A DNA stretch of 64,000 nucleotides from Octopus sinensis (taxonomy: Eukaryota), in contig NC_043004.1 of the NCBI RefSeq assembly GCF_006345805.1, positions 40,052,001 to 40,116,000 on the forward strand, given 5' to 3'. A program made the translations under genes and the position numbers. Below are positions 10,774-23,459 of the stretch, one piece after another; position 1 is the first letter of the stretch; each line of letters opens with the position of its first letter. Under the pieces are notes generated by a model. That model saw nothing but the letters and a program-made list of their open reading frames with translations. It made no database searches and had not been told where the DNA came from.

Positions 10774-10817
<44 letters not shown>

Positions 10818-11299
10818 AAGTAATGATAATAATCCTTTCTACTATAGGCATGAGTCCTAAAATTTTAAGAGAGGGAGTGCAAGTCGATTACATCAACTCC
10901 AGTACTCTACTTGGGTACTAGAATTTATCTCCCCTGAAAGGTTGAACCGTAAAGTTAACTTCGATGGAATTTGAACTCAGAATGTAAAGTTCAAATTCCA
11001 CCAAGGGAAACTTTGCCTTACATTCTTTCAGGGTCAATAAAATAGGTACCAATCAAGTACTGGGTTTTTTGATGTAACCAGCTTCCTCTTTCCCCGCAAA
11101 AACTGCTGTCCCTGTGCCACAATGTGAAACCACTGGTTGTTGTTGCTTCTGCAATTCAATTAGTAAGAATGCTATCTTGAGGCTTGATGACAACAAGTCT
11201 CCTCAAATCTCAAAAATCTTCCTTAGGATTCTTGTAGAATATAGGATGGTATTCTTCTGTGGTCAACAACACAGGTCTCAATTCCAATCTCTTGCAGTC

Positions 11300-11670
11300 T
11301 CTTACTCTTTTACTTGTTTCAGTCATTTGACTGCGGCCGTGCTGGAGCACCGCCTTTAGTCGAAGAATCGACCCCAGAACTTATTCTGTGTAAGCCTAGT
11401 ACTTATTCTATCGGTCTCTTTTGCCGAACCGCTAAGTTACGGGGACGCAAGCACACCAGCATCAGTTGTCAAGCGATGTTGGGGGACAAACACAGATACA
11501 CAAACATACACACATACATATATACGACGGGCTTCTTTCAGTTTCCGTCTACCAAATCCACTCACAAAGCTATAGTAGAAGACACTTGCCCAAGGTGCCA
11601 CGCAGTGGGACTGAACCCGAAACCATGTGATTGGTAAGCAAGCTACTTACCACACAGCCACTCCTGCACC
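11300..11670 (-). mobile_element. SINE-A
   Basis: Reverse complement of 7855-8279. Confidence 0.9.
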
Positions 11671-11674
11671 TAAC

Positions 11675-12045
11675 ATTTTGATAACATTAGATAACATTTT
11701 GGGTGTTGTGCCATGTACATTAATTACCACAGGAATAATTGCTGTCTTAGTCTTCAACAGTTTCTTCCATTCTCTGGCTAGGTCTGGATATTTCTCAGTT
11801 TTTTTTTTTTCCATTTTCTTTGGTGTTATTACAGAAAATTACAAAGTCTATGATTTTACACTGTTTCTTTACTCTGTCTTCTATAATTATACCTGGGCTT
11901 CGTACTTCAATAGTACAGTCAGTCTTTATGGGGAGGCCCCATAAGATCCTACAATTCTTATTCTCTGTCACAGCCTCTGGTTTGAGTTCATATTGCTCTC
12001 CTATTATTTCAAAGTCACACACTCAGCTAACATCCCAATACACTG
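11675..12045 (-). pseudogene. Decayed R4/Dong-type LINE restriction-like endonuclease fragment
   Basis: ILWGLPIKTDCTIEVRSPGIIIEDRVKKQCKIIDF aligns by eye to the LWDF..QTD..I....PDI RLE motif at 57083. Frameshifted. Confidence 0.7.
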
Positions 12046-12054
12046 TCAGCTAGT

Positions 12055-12490
12055 AAGCTGGCAGAATTGTTAAAGCACTGGACAAAATACTTTGCAGCAT
12101 TTCTTCTAGCTCTTGAGGTTCTGAGTTCAAATGCTGATGTGGCTGAGCTTGCCTTTCATCCTTTCAGGATCAATAAAATGAATATTAGTTGGGTACTGGG
12201 ATTGAAATCGCAGTAATCAACTTCCCATTTCCTTCATAATTAATTACTTTTTTTTTTTTTGCCAAATATTAGAAAGAATTGATACCCGGTCAATGAATTG
12301 GCAGAATTGTTTAGTGTCAGAAGCGAATGCCTTAACAACATTTCTCTGGCCCTTTATGTTCTAACTTCAAATCCAGTCAAGGATCAATTCGCCTTTCATC
12401 TTTTTGGCATTGATAAAATAAAGTTCAAGTCAAGGATTGAAGTCAATGGAATTAACAAACCACCTCCCCAAAAATTTCTTGCCTTGTTTC
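12055..12490 (+). mobile_element. Two decayed SINE-B copies
   Basis: GCTGGCAGAAT.GTTA heads and GCCTTTCATC cores near 12055 and 12295. Confidence 0.65.
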
Positions 12491-13469
12491 TATGTTGGAA
12501 ACAACAATCACGACCACCACCATCATCATCATCAACACCACCACCAACACCACTACCACCACTACCACCATGGCTGCCACCATTGTCTTTAGAGTTTCTA
12601 AGAAAGAAACAACATTAATAATGGCAGAAGGAATGAGAAAATGGTAATTTCATGTGTAAGGAAGTAAGAAGAACTGTGTAGGGGTGAGATATATATACAT
12701 ATAACAATCTACAAAAAGAGATGTGTTTTTGACATGTGAATTGACAATAAAAGAACATTTCCGTCCCGTTAGATATCAATCTATCCGTTCAAAACTAAGT
12801 AGTACAAACATAAAACAAAATGCTACTACAAGAATCATTCCATAATTCTAATACTACTAGTTCCACTACTGCTGCTGCTGCTGCTGATGATGATGGTTTT
12901 CATGATGATAATGATGATGATGATGGTGACAATGACAGCAGTAGGAACAACGCAACAGTACCAATTCTTTCTACTATAGGTATAAGGTCTAAAATTTTGC
13001 AACAGGAGGTTAGTCGATTACACCGATCCCAGTGCTCGGAAACAGTGAGGGTTTACATGGAATCTAGTACAAGAGAATGGGTTTGAAAAACAAGAACATA
13101 TCAGAAGTGAAATGAAATATCACTGTGGCCAATCTGCAAATCCCACAGATTATTAGACTGTCCTTATTGCTAAAGGCAAGTGCCCTCTCCCAGCTGTATT
13201 CTCCTGTTCAGATGTGCATACTGAAAGTTGGACCATTTATTCAGATCACACACATTTCAGATAATAAAAAATTCTCCCAATAAGCACAAAGCCACAGATT
13301 TCCAAATGAGGAGTATAGTTAATTAAATTGACCCCGATTCTAGACTGGTACTTTATTTTATCAAGCCCCCAGAGGAATAAAATTCAAAGTTGCCCTCAGC
13401 AAGATTTGATCTCACATGATAAAGGACTGTAACTAAATGCTACAAAGTATTTTGTCTGACGTTCTAACA

Positions 13470-13777
13470 TAGGGGTTCTCAACCAGGGTCCATATAAGAT
13501 TTTAGGGGTTCACAAAACAAAATAGTAAAATGGGGTTCCATAATAGTATTTTAGGGGCCCATGAAAAGATTCTGCTTTAAGGATATGCATTGGTATGAAT
13601 TGCAAGAAACAGCTAGGCTTCTTTCTCTAACGTTTTACATAGTTCAACCTACACAAGTTAATGTGTGAAAAAGAAGAGGAATTTTGAAAGAGGTTTCTAT
13701 AAAACTAGCTTTTAAACACTGAATGGCTAAGGGGTCTACCAGAATAAAATACTAATCAAAGTGGTTGAGAACTCCTG
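13470..13777. mobile_element. hAT-type MITE with perfect 8-bp TSD
   Basis: TAGGGGTTCTCAACC ... GGTTGAGAACTCCTG. TSD TTCTAACA at 13462-13469 and 13778-13785. Confidence 0.9.
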
Positions 13778-13809
13778 TTCTAACAAGTCTACCAAATGAT
13801 ATTTACAAT

Positions 13810-14445
13810 AGTAATAATCCTTCCTATTATAGGCACAAGGCCTGAAATTTTGGGGTAGAGGAATAGTTGATTACATTGACCCCCAGTGCACAACTGAAAC
13901 TTATTTTATTGACCCTGAAAGGATGAAAGGCAAAGTTCATCTCAGCGGAATTTGAACTCAGAACAGAAAGACAAACAAAATGCCACTAAGCACCTTGCCT
14001 GGTGTGCTAACTATTCTGCCAGATCACTGCCTTTTTTTACAATAATAATAATCCTTTCTACTATAGGCACAAGGGCTGAAATTTTGGGAGAGGGAAAAAG
14101 TCGATCCCATCAACATCCCCCAGTATGCAACTGGTACTTAAGTTATCAATCTCAAAAGGATAAAAGGCAAAGTCAACCTCAGCAGAACTTGAACTCAGAA
14201 AATAAAGATGGTAGAAATACTGCTAAACATTTTGCCCAGTGTGCTAACGATTCTGCCAGCCTGCTGCCTTTTTTTTGCAATGGTAATAATAATTGCTATT
14301 TCTAATTAAAGTAAAAATCCAGAAATTTTGAGGGAAGGGTTTAGTTGATATATCAACCCCCAGTACTTGACTGGTACATTATTTGATCTCCCTCAAAAGG
14401 ACAAAAGGCAAAGTTGACTCTGGGAAGATTTGGACATCAAGACTC
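13810..14445 (-). mobile_element. Three tandem SINE-B copies (tail B2 ending in (TTA)n)
   Basis: Repeated units start near 13810, 14040 and 14290. Confidence 0.75.
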
Positions 14446-14879
14446 ATTAGTAAACATCATGTATTTACAACAATGAAATATTGTCACATAAACCAATACT
14501 ATAAATTTACTGCAGTAGATGAGACTAGGTCAGGGAAGAAGGAAGAGACAGAGACAGGTAGACAGGTAGATAAATAGACAGAGAGGAAACAGACTGTGAG
14601 GACCCGTGGGAGGTGTTTGGAAAAGAGTGAGAGAAATAAAATTATATAAACTGAATTCTCAGCAAACAGTTATAGTGAGTAGACATGTTATTATTTCAGA
14701 TAAAAATGAATAACAAAAAATAAAAAAGAAATAGATACAAAAACAAAATGGAATTTGAAGATCATCGTAAAAAACATCATTATCAGCTCCAAACATCAAT
14801 AAAGACAATCACCATGACTAAACCAGTAATGTTAGCAATAGTATTAGAATAACCACCACTACCACCACCAGCCACAACA

Positions 14880-15220
14880 ATAAGGATCCCTCTAAGTGGT
14901 CACTCAACCTGCTGGAAATAGCAACCAAAATCTCCTTCAAGTTAAACCCAGCTGTCTTAAAAAAAGGAAATGATGCATTTGGATAGTATAATCCTACATG
15001 GTAATGAGACAATGCTAACAACAAAATCAAGCCAACAAGAATGCTTCAACAGGGTTATTTGGCCTGCTAGAAATAGCAGCAAAGTCTCTATCAAATTCCA
15101 TCCTACTGCTTTTGAAAAAAAAAAAAAAAGACGAAATAAACATTGTAATTCTAGATATGTCTGTAAAAATAGACAGGATGTTCAAAACTGGAACGCTTTA
15201 GAGCATAGGTCTGTTTGATG
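14880..15220 (+). repeat. Unclassified interspersed repeat (CAACCTGCTAGAAATAGCAGCCAAATCT family)
   Basis: The motif recurs near 410, 555, 14905, 15060, 24960 and 44455, and reversed near 50695 and 63870. Confidence 0.6.
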
Positions 15221-15510
15221 AGGGTTAACAGGAGCTAGGCAACAGCAACACTAATGAATAAGCAATTACGAGATAAGTACTAATAACATTATTAACTCTC
15301 ATGCTAGCAACAATACACTGGTCCGACTAATAACCAGCGTTTCTCAGTGTTGTAAACATAGAGGAAAACCACCACCACCACCACCACCACCACCGACACC
15401 ACCAACCAACACCATTGAAACTAATCACACAGTGCCAAACACTTTCATCAGTATTAGTACAAAGTAAATATACCTCAGAGTACAGATATAAAGAGAGATG
15501 AATATTCCAG

Positions 15511-15555
<45 letters not shown>

Positions 15556-16039
15556 TTGTCACATATTAAATTCTCTTGATATCAACCCGTTCCAGACCTC
15601 TCTGGTGTTACAATAAACAAACCATTAACATTAAAGCATTCATAATCATCATCATCATCAGCAGCAGCAGCATTGCCCGTCGCCATTTCTCATTAATTTT
15701 TTCCACACTTGTATGGGCTAGATAAAACTTAGTGAGGCAGTTTATCTTTGGCCAGATGCTCTTCCTGTTGCCAACCCTCGTTTTCCAAGCAAGGTGTAGT
15801 GGTTAGGTGTGTATGTAAACAAATACATAAACCGATTCATGATTGAAAGGAATTTATTTACAGGGTTATAGGTACACTACATACAAATGTAGGCAACTGC
15901 TACAAGTTGCTAGAAATACAGAATACATATTAGGAATGAATATGTGTGTGTGTGTGCGTGTTTCATTCGAAACAGTAGTCTATCGGCACTTCGAACATTT
16001 CTCTCTGTCCCTGCAGTCTGCCAAAAACTTGGGTCGTAG

Positions 16040-16220
16040 ATAGATCTATCTCGTCTGTCTGCTGCGATTGGCTGCCTGCCTTTCTGTTTCACCCTTGTAT
16101 TTATAATAAAAAGTGGCAGCTAGAAAGACAGACATACTGCAGCAGAGTTAGTACCTAAATAGGTCAGCGCTTGTCCAGTTGAACTTCGCCTGACATGCTA
16201 AGGTCGCAGGTCAAAGGGAG
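16040..16220 (+). promoter_or_regulatory. Candidate CpG-retaining promoter / 5' UTR
   Basis: About 17 CpG in 15955-16310 against a depleted background. ATTGG near 16067 and a TATA-like run at 16098-16113. Confidence 0.3.
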
Positions 16221-16340
16221 ATGATCAATCAATTTTCGACAGGACAAAGAAAACCTTTTATCGCGCCTGTTGATCGTCGTGAATTCTTGGATTCAGTTTC
16301 GAATCTAAGCTTAGAGAAGGAAGTGTTAATTCTTACAAAG
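16221..16340 (+). CDS. Candidate first coding exon, unknown product (MINQFSTGQRKPFIAPVDRREFLDSVSNLSLEKEVLILTK)
   Basis: GAGATGA start context, 40 open codons, phase-0 donor AAG|GTATTT. No homology recognised. Confidence 0.3.
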
Positions 16341-16662
16341 GTATTTTTATTTCACTGTTCCTCATCTGTAGAATGATGAAACACCATTTGTGCTTAAACA
16401 TGAAAGCATGCAGAGTCCACAACACACACACACACACACACACGCCAAGGCTTCCATACAGTTTCTGTCTATCAATTCTTCTCACACTGCATTTATTAAT
16501 TAGCCCAAAGTACATGACTAAGATGCCACATAATGTAATCAAACCCTACCATGTAACTTCAAAGCAAACATTTGGGTTTGTATACACACTAAAACCTTTC
16601 ATCATAATCTTATATATTGCACATACCAGATTAACAACGAAAACCTCAGTAGTATCATTTTA

Positions 16663-17072
16663 GGATCTTTTTGGTTTGAAGGACATAATTTCTAGGTAAC
16701 TAAAAAATTTTAAACTTCGTATACAGGTAGAATGTGTTTATAAAACATCCTTTTCTCTTGGCTTTATTGAGAAAATTCTATAGTTTGTAAGATATTTGTT
16801 GTTTTTTTTTCTTCAATTTCTGCAATTTCAATCAATCACTGACATCCACTGAGGTAAAAAACATTCTGTGCCGTATGAATATGTCCCTCGTTTAAGAAAC
16901 AGATTGGGTTTATTTACATTTGTGAAGAAAAAAAGATATGCATCCCTCCACCCCTAACCCCAACCCTAACCCTAAAACAGATTGAAATGCAATAGATCAA
17001 TACTAGGGTCATAATTATGGGTCATAATTATGGCACCGCTGGAAAAAACTGCCGTTCAAACCGAAAAGATCC
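16663..17072. mobile_element. TIR MITE-H with internal (CCCTAA)n-like tract
   Basis: GGATCTTTT(T)GGTTTGAA ... TTCAAACCGAAAAGATCC. Superfamily unassigned. Confidence 0.8.
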
Positions 17073-17179
17073 TCATTTTATTAAATCTTTACAAAATCTT
17101 GCTTATTTTCAAAATTAATTTACAAATGTTGGTGTCACATAACTAGCACCCGTGTCAGAGGTACGTAAAAGTACCTTTC

Positions 17180-17495
17180 AAGCACTGGGCCTCACAGAGG
17201 CAATGACAAATGACCAAGACCTTTGGCAATATGCAGTGCTTGAGAAGAAGACCCATCAAGCCAAGTGAAATTGTAGTCATGGCAGATACTGGTGTTATGC
17301 AAACTTGCTCTAGTGGTGATGGCAAGTAAAAGCACCCATTACACTCTCAGAGGGGCTGACACCAGGAAGGGCATCCAGCCTTAGAAACCATGCCAAATCA
17401 GACTAGAGTCTGGTGCAGCCCCTCAGCTTACCAGCCCTGGTCAAACCATCCAACCCATGCCAGCATGGACAACTCATGCTAAATGATGATGAAGA
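17180..17495 (+). mobile_element. RTE LINE 3' end (ORF2 tail + family E UTR)
   Basis: FQALGLTEAMTNDQDLWQYAVLEKKTHQAK* followed by the E UTR and (GAT)n. Confidence 0.75.
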
Positions 17496-17923
17496 AAGGC
17501 AGTGAAATTCATTGACATTATCATTATCGCAAAAGGGTTAAATACCATTACCTCAGGCTAAAAATCATGATGTGATTCATATAATAAATGAGAGACCTGC
17601 TTGCATGATTAGAGACTGTGGCAATAAAAGCTACATAGTGTTTTCAACAGTTTTGCTTCCAGTGGCATAACAATACAAACCCCGATCTTTATTCATGCTT
17701 TTCTCAACATTCACTTTCCTCTTGATATTATAAATTTTGCCTCTGATGAACTGAGCTGTGATGGCTAAAACATGCTAATGAATAAGAGAAACGGTATTTC
17801 ATCCCTCTGCCACCTACCCAGCTATAAACTTAGAATGAACCTTACTTCCTATTTACTGCATAAACATATCATATCTTAACTACTGTGTTGTGCTTTACTG
17901 ATACATACACACACATATATTTA

Positions 17924-18325
17924 TAGGAGTGGCTGTGTGGTAAGTAGCTTGTTTACCAACCACATGGTTCCGGGTTCTGTCCCACTGCGTGGCACCTTGG
18001 GCAAGTGTCTTCTACTATAGCCTCGGGCTGACCAAAGCCTTGTGAGTGGATTTGGTAGACGGAAATTGAAAGAAGCCCGTCGTATATATGTATATATATG
18101 TATGTGCGTGTATGTTTGTATGTCTGTGTTTGTCCCCCTAGCATTGTTTGACAACCGATGCTGGTGTGTTTATGTCCCCGTCACTTAGCGGTTCGGCAAA
18201 AGGGACCAATAGAATAAGTACTGGGCTTACAAAGAATAAGTCCCAGGGTCGAGTTGCTCGATTAAAGGTGGTGCTCCAGCATGGCCGCAGTCAAAATGAC
18301 TGAAACAAGTAAAAAAAAAAAAAGA
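17924..18325 (+). mobile_element. SINE-A
   Basis: Full-length and colinear with 7855-8279. Confidence 0.9.
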
Positions 18326-18345
18326 GAAATATATGTATATATATA

Positions 18346-18777
18346 TTCTTTTACTTGTTTCAGTCATTTGTCTTTTCTACTCTGGGCACAAGGCCCAAAT
18401 TTTTTGGGGAGGGAGGTAGTCAATTAGATCGACCCCAGTATGCAATTTGTACTTAATTTATTAACCCTGAGGAGATGAGAGGCAAAGTCGACCACAGCAG
18501 AATTTGAACTCAGAACGTAAAGACAGACAAAATACCACTTAGCATTTCGCCCAGTGTGCTAACATTTCTGCCAGCTTGCTGCTGTTCAGTCATTTGTTTG
18601 TGGCTTGCTGGAGCAACACCTTCAGTTGAACAAATTGACCCCAGGAGTTATTCTTTGTAAGCCCAGTACTTATACTATCAGTCTCTTTTGCTGAACCACT
18701 AAGTTATGAGGATGCAAACACCAACACTGGTTGTCAAGCAATGGTGGGGGGACAAACACAGACGCACAAACATATAC

Positions 18778-18809
<32 letters not shown>

Positions 18810-18930
18810 GATGGGCTTCTTTCAGTTTCCGTCTACCAAATCCATTCACAAGGATTTGGTCAGCCTAAGGCTATAGTAGAAGACACTTGCCCAAGATGCT
18901 ACGCAGGGGAATTGAACCCGGAACTATGCA
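18346..18930 (-). mobile_element. SINE-A interrupted by SINE-B (~18366-18585)
   Basis: TCAGTCATTTG occurs on both sides of the B insert. Confidence 0.8.
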
Positions 18931-18972
18931 ATATGTGTGTGTAGGTAGTATATATATATATTATATGTTTAA

Positions 18973-19193
18973 CCCTTTTGATACCAACCCAGCTGAAACT
19001 GGCTCTGGCTCTGTAGTATAAATGTCTTGTTTTCATTAGTTTTGAATTAAAATCTTCCACCAAACCTTAGTCACAATTTATGTTCCTAACACTAGTTTAA
19101 TGATAACTAAGTTATTTTACTAAATTCTTTGTTATATTTAAAGTAATTGAAAGAAACACAGAGCATCTCAAAATAAATACAGTAACGAAAGGG
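18973..19193. mobile_element. piggyBac-like MITE-G
   Basis: TTAA|CCCTTTTGATAC ... GTAACGAAAGGG|TTAA. Confidence 0.9.
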
Positions 19194-19214
19194 TTAAATA
19201 TATTTATACATTTT

Positions 19215-19370
19215 TGGAGTGGTTGGCATTAGGAAGGACATCCAGCCATAGAAACCATACCAAATCAGAATAGAGTCTGGTGCAGCCTCTCAGCTTACCA
19301 ACCCTGGTCAAACCATCCAACCCGTGCCAGCACGGACAATAGAGATTAAATGATGATGATGATGATGATG
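19215..19370 (+). mobile_element. Family E LINE 3' UTR
   Basis: GGCATTAGGAAGGACATCCAGCC...(GAT)n. Confidence 0.8.
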
Positions 19371-19401
19371 AGATATATATATATGTATATGTATGTATGT
19401 A

Positions 19402-19712
19402 GTGAAGGCATATAACTCGGTGGTTAGTGCATTCAGCTCTTGATTGTAAGGTGATGGGTTTGATACCCAGCTATGCATTGTATCCTTGAGCAAGACACTT
19501 TATTTCTCATTGTTCCATTCCATTCACCTGGCGAAAATGAGTTGTATTTGTAGTTCAATGGGCCAGCCTTGTCCCACACTGTGTCACACTGAATGTCCCC
19601 CAAGAACTACATTAAGGATACACGTGTCAGTGGAGTACTCAGCCACTTGCATATTAATTTCACAAGCAGGCTGTTCCATTGATCAATTCGACTGGAACGC
19701 TCGTAACCAATG
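19402..19712 (+). mobile_element. SINE-D head/core with tail X
   Basis: Meta-like core joined to the tail also seen at 9015-9190. Confidence 0.8.
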
Positions 19713-19794
19713 GTGTGCCCAGCCTATGCATGTTCATGCATGTGTGTGTATCTATATGTGTGTGTATGTGCGTCTGCATATGTGTTTGCATACA

Positions 19795-19829
<35 letters not shown>

Positions 19830-20809
19830 CTCTGTCTGTCTGTCTGTCTGTCTGTCTATGTATATAACTCAAGGAAATAAGGATTGATTTGAAAAGCATT
19901 TTGCCAAATCCAAAATTGTAAATTTACCATTATTTTAAGTGAATACACGTCTAATGACCTTTACTGGAATTGTATTTGGAGAAGTGGAACTGACATGTAA
20001 GAAAGAAGGAAATGAAAGATGAAAATGAAGGAAGGAAAGAAAGAACCTGAGACTTGTTTAAAAATGGATCTGACATTTTTTAAAATTAATTCTCTGACTA
20101 ATATCAAACATAATATTTCCGTGAGAGCTATAGTAAGGATCCTGGCGCTAAAGATAGGCGCCTGATAAACACTCCATGACCTGGTTTTGATTTACAATTC
20201 CAGTTATTTCCTTCCTTTATTTACTTTGCTGATACCGTAAGGAAAGCCATGCATGCCACACAATCTCATTACCCTTTCTTTACCCGTCTCACTACAAACA
20301 GGAAGCCTTACATCTGTGAAAGAAATCAATATCTACACGATAGGAATGTTTAGATGTTTAGCTGGTAAATGTGTAATGATTCGAATATTTGCATCGCAGG
20401 ATCCATCCTGATTGGCAGTCGAGACCAAACTTCTCTTCCATTTCATACTCATTTTTTTCTTTCTGTGACGAGTCTTATAATGGTAGCCATTTCCTAGATT
20501 ATTTCCTTATCATGGATGAGTGGCTGACAGAGCTTGCAATAGTATTCTCACAACACCAACATATACATTATATTTTTATCACTGCCAAGGTGTAGAGATT
20601 CTTCATATGAGTCAACCAGTTGTAAATTCATACTTGATTATACTTTGTTAAATACAACACTGTATATAGGTGCAGGCATGTGTGGTAAGAACCTTGCTTC
20701 CAAACCATAAAATTTCAGATTCGGTCTCACTACAGTGCACCTTGACCAAAGACTTGACAGCAAATTCAGTAGATAAAAACAGAAAGAAGTCTGTCATACA
20801 TGCACATCA

Positions 20810-21121
20810 CCATGATATGTCACCGTGACCAACCAGGCTATCAGATGTTGCTACACATCGCTGGTCACAATGCGCTTCGCATTGTTTTAGCTTTCAAATG
20901 ACGCGACCCCGCTGGCTAAGCAAGCAGGCTAACAGAAGAAAGAGTGAGAGAAAGTCGTGGCGAAAGAGTTCAGCAGGGATCACCACCACCACCTGCCGGA
21001 GCCTCATGGAGCTTTAGGTGTTTTTGCTTAATAAACACTCACAATGCCCGGTCTGGGAATCGAAACCGCGATCCTACGACCGTGAGTCTGCTGCCCTAAC
21101 CACTGGGCCATTGCGCGTCCA
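20810..21121 (-). mobile_element. SINE-C with tail Y
   Basis: Reverse complement of 50214-50525. Confidence 0.85.
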
Positions 21122-21160
21122 CATACATACATATACATATATATTATCATTTTTAAAAAT

Positions 21161-21537
21161 CTTTTTACTTGTTTCAGTCATTAGACTGTGGTCATGCTGG
21201 AGCACCACCTTGAATTTTTAGTCAAATGAATCAACCCCAGTGCTTTTCTTCTTAGCCTGATACTTATTCTATCAGTCTCTTTTGCTGAACCGCTAAGTTA
21301 TGGGGATGTGAACACACCAACACCAGATGTAAAGCACAGACACACACACAGATATATAAACATATATATATATGTGACGAACTTCTTCAGTTTTTGCCTA
21401 CCAAAGCCACTCACAAGGCTTTGCATGGCCTGAGGCTATAGTAGAAGGCACTTGCTGAAAGTCCATGCAGTGGAACTGAACCTGGAACCATGTGGTTGGG
21501 AAGCAAGCTTCTTACCACACAGCCATGCCTGCACCTG
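21161..21537 (-). mobile_element. Decayed SINE-A
   Basis: Colinear with the consensus of the other copies. Confidence 0.8.
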
Positions 21538-22386
21538 GATGGATGGATGGAGGTATGTGTCTGTGTGGATGGTATACTTGTTACTGCCTTCTTGCTTTTG
21601 ACTTTTGAGTGATAGCCGTAAAAATAAATGTTACCATGAAAACATGTCTGGTCATGGGCAAATGTTACCATACCTGAAAACAGGTGAGGGTTGGCAACAG
21701 GAAGGACCCCAGTTGAGAACCCTCTGGTGTAATGGTTCCCCCATTTTGTTTTAGTTGTGGTTGTTTAACCCAGGTAAAAACTATGATCAAAAGTATTCTA
21801 GTAGTAACCATTTCAGTGATTAGTATATCAGGGACTACACTGACCAATGTGTCTTCTTATTCTAAGACATTAATGTATGGTTTGAATGAAACTTACACTC
21901 AACAAGCTTTAAAAAAGAATGACACATTGAATAATGTAGTCCATGATACTCTTGTACTTGAATGAAAGATCGTGATGATTGTAAGCGGGATGTCTTTAAT
22001 CAATGGTCAGCTCAATCAAGATTCACTGAAGCTAAACAACGACAACAACAACAACAACAACAATTTAGTTGTTATGTATCAATGGAAACGATCACAAAAT
22101 TAACTAAATCTGATGAAACCATGTCCAGTAAGACACTCAAGACAGAACAAATCAAATATATTAATGTGATCCACTACTTCTGATCAAAAGTGAGCATCTG
22201 TTGAAGCAGGGACAACAAGACTGTTGGAGAATCTATGATGTCGTCACAGAAGCACTGCCATCATCACCACCACCAACACCCTCAATTAGGACAACAATTT
22301 AACAAAGATCGGATACGAATATTTTTATGTTCTGTGAAACAAATAAAATAATAATTAATTGGTCATATGTCATCAAAGATATTTAA

Positions 22387-23439
22387 TCTTTTAGCATTTA
22401 GATTACTCCTTTACTCCTTTACTTGTTTCAGTCATTTGACTGCGGCCATGCTGGAGCACCGCCTTTAGTCGAGCAAGCCATACTTATTCTTTATAAGCCT
22501 AGTACTTATTCTATCGGTCTCTTTTGCCGAACCGCTAAGTGACGGGAACGTAAACACACCAGCATCGGTTGTCAAGCAATGCTAGGGAGACAAACACAGA
22601 CACACACACACATATATATATATACATATATACGACAGGCTTCTTTCAGTTTCCATCTACCAAATCCACTCACAAGGCTTTGGTCGGCCCGAGGCTATAG
22701 TAGAAGATACTTGCCCAAGTTGCCACACAGTGGGACTGAACCCGGAACCATGTGGTTGGTTAGCAAGCTACTTACCACACAGCCACTCCTGCGCCTATTG
22801 CTCTATCCAATATAATTAGTTCAAATTTTTGCCACAAGGGCAGCTTGGGGAAGGTGGGGATAAGTTGACTACACCGACCCCAGTGTTCAACTGGTACTTA
22901 TTTGATTAACCCTGAAAGCATGAAAGGCAAAGTCGACCTCGGTGAAATTTGAACTCTGAACATAATGTCGGGCAAAATACCGCTAACAATTCTTCCAGCT
23001 CACACCGCCTTTGCTCTGTCAAATATAATGCTAGTTTATTCACATTGTTTTGAATTAATGATGCATTATCTTGTAGTTTCAAGATTTCAATGATGTATTT
23101 GTTTCTTTTTAGAATGACATTATAGGATAGATGTGAGAGGTTGGATCTGGTCAGTTTAATCAAGCAACAGAAAGAATATTTGAGCCAGATAGGACTAATT
23201 TAATCCCTTTGTTACTAACCCGGCTGAAACCGGCTCAGGCTTTTTAGTACAAATGTCTTGTTTTCATAAGTTTTGAATTAAAATCTTTCACCAAACCTTA
23301 GTCACAATTTATGTTCCTAACACTAGCTTAATGATAACTAAGTTATTTTACTAAATTCCTTGTCATATTTAAAGTAATTGAAAGAAAAACAGAGAATCTC
23401 AAAATAAATACGGTAATGAAAGGGTTAAATGCTAAAAGG
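22387..23439. mobile_element. MITE-F containing SINE-A (22409-22797), SINE-B (~22815-23010) and MITE-G (23204-23424)
   Basis: MITE-F sequence resumes after each insert. MITE-G sits in a duplicated TTAA inside the right TIR. Confidence 0.75.
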
Positions 23440-23459
23440 TTAAAAGATGATGATTCATA

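Noticed and set aside
16950-16978. True telomere or chromosome-fusion scar
   Set aside because: Short, degenerate and internal to a TIR element present in several copies.
17738-17780. Hammerhead-like CTGATGA...AAAACATG
   Set aside because: GAAA is absent, and stems I and III are not convincing.
20295-20360. KPYICE zinc-finger-like peptide and a nearby possible exon
   Set aside because: No second Cys or His pair, the frame stops quickly, and nothing else supports it.
21962-22183. Poly-Q ORF
   Set aside because: Driven by a (CAA)n tract; no splice or homology support.
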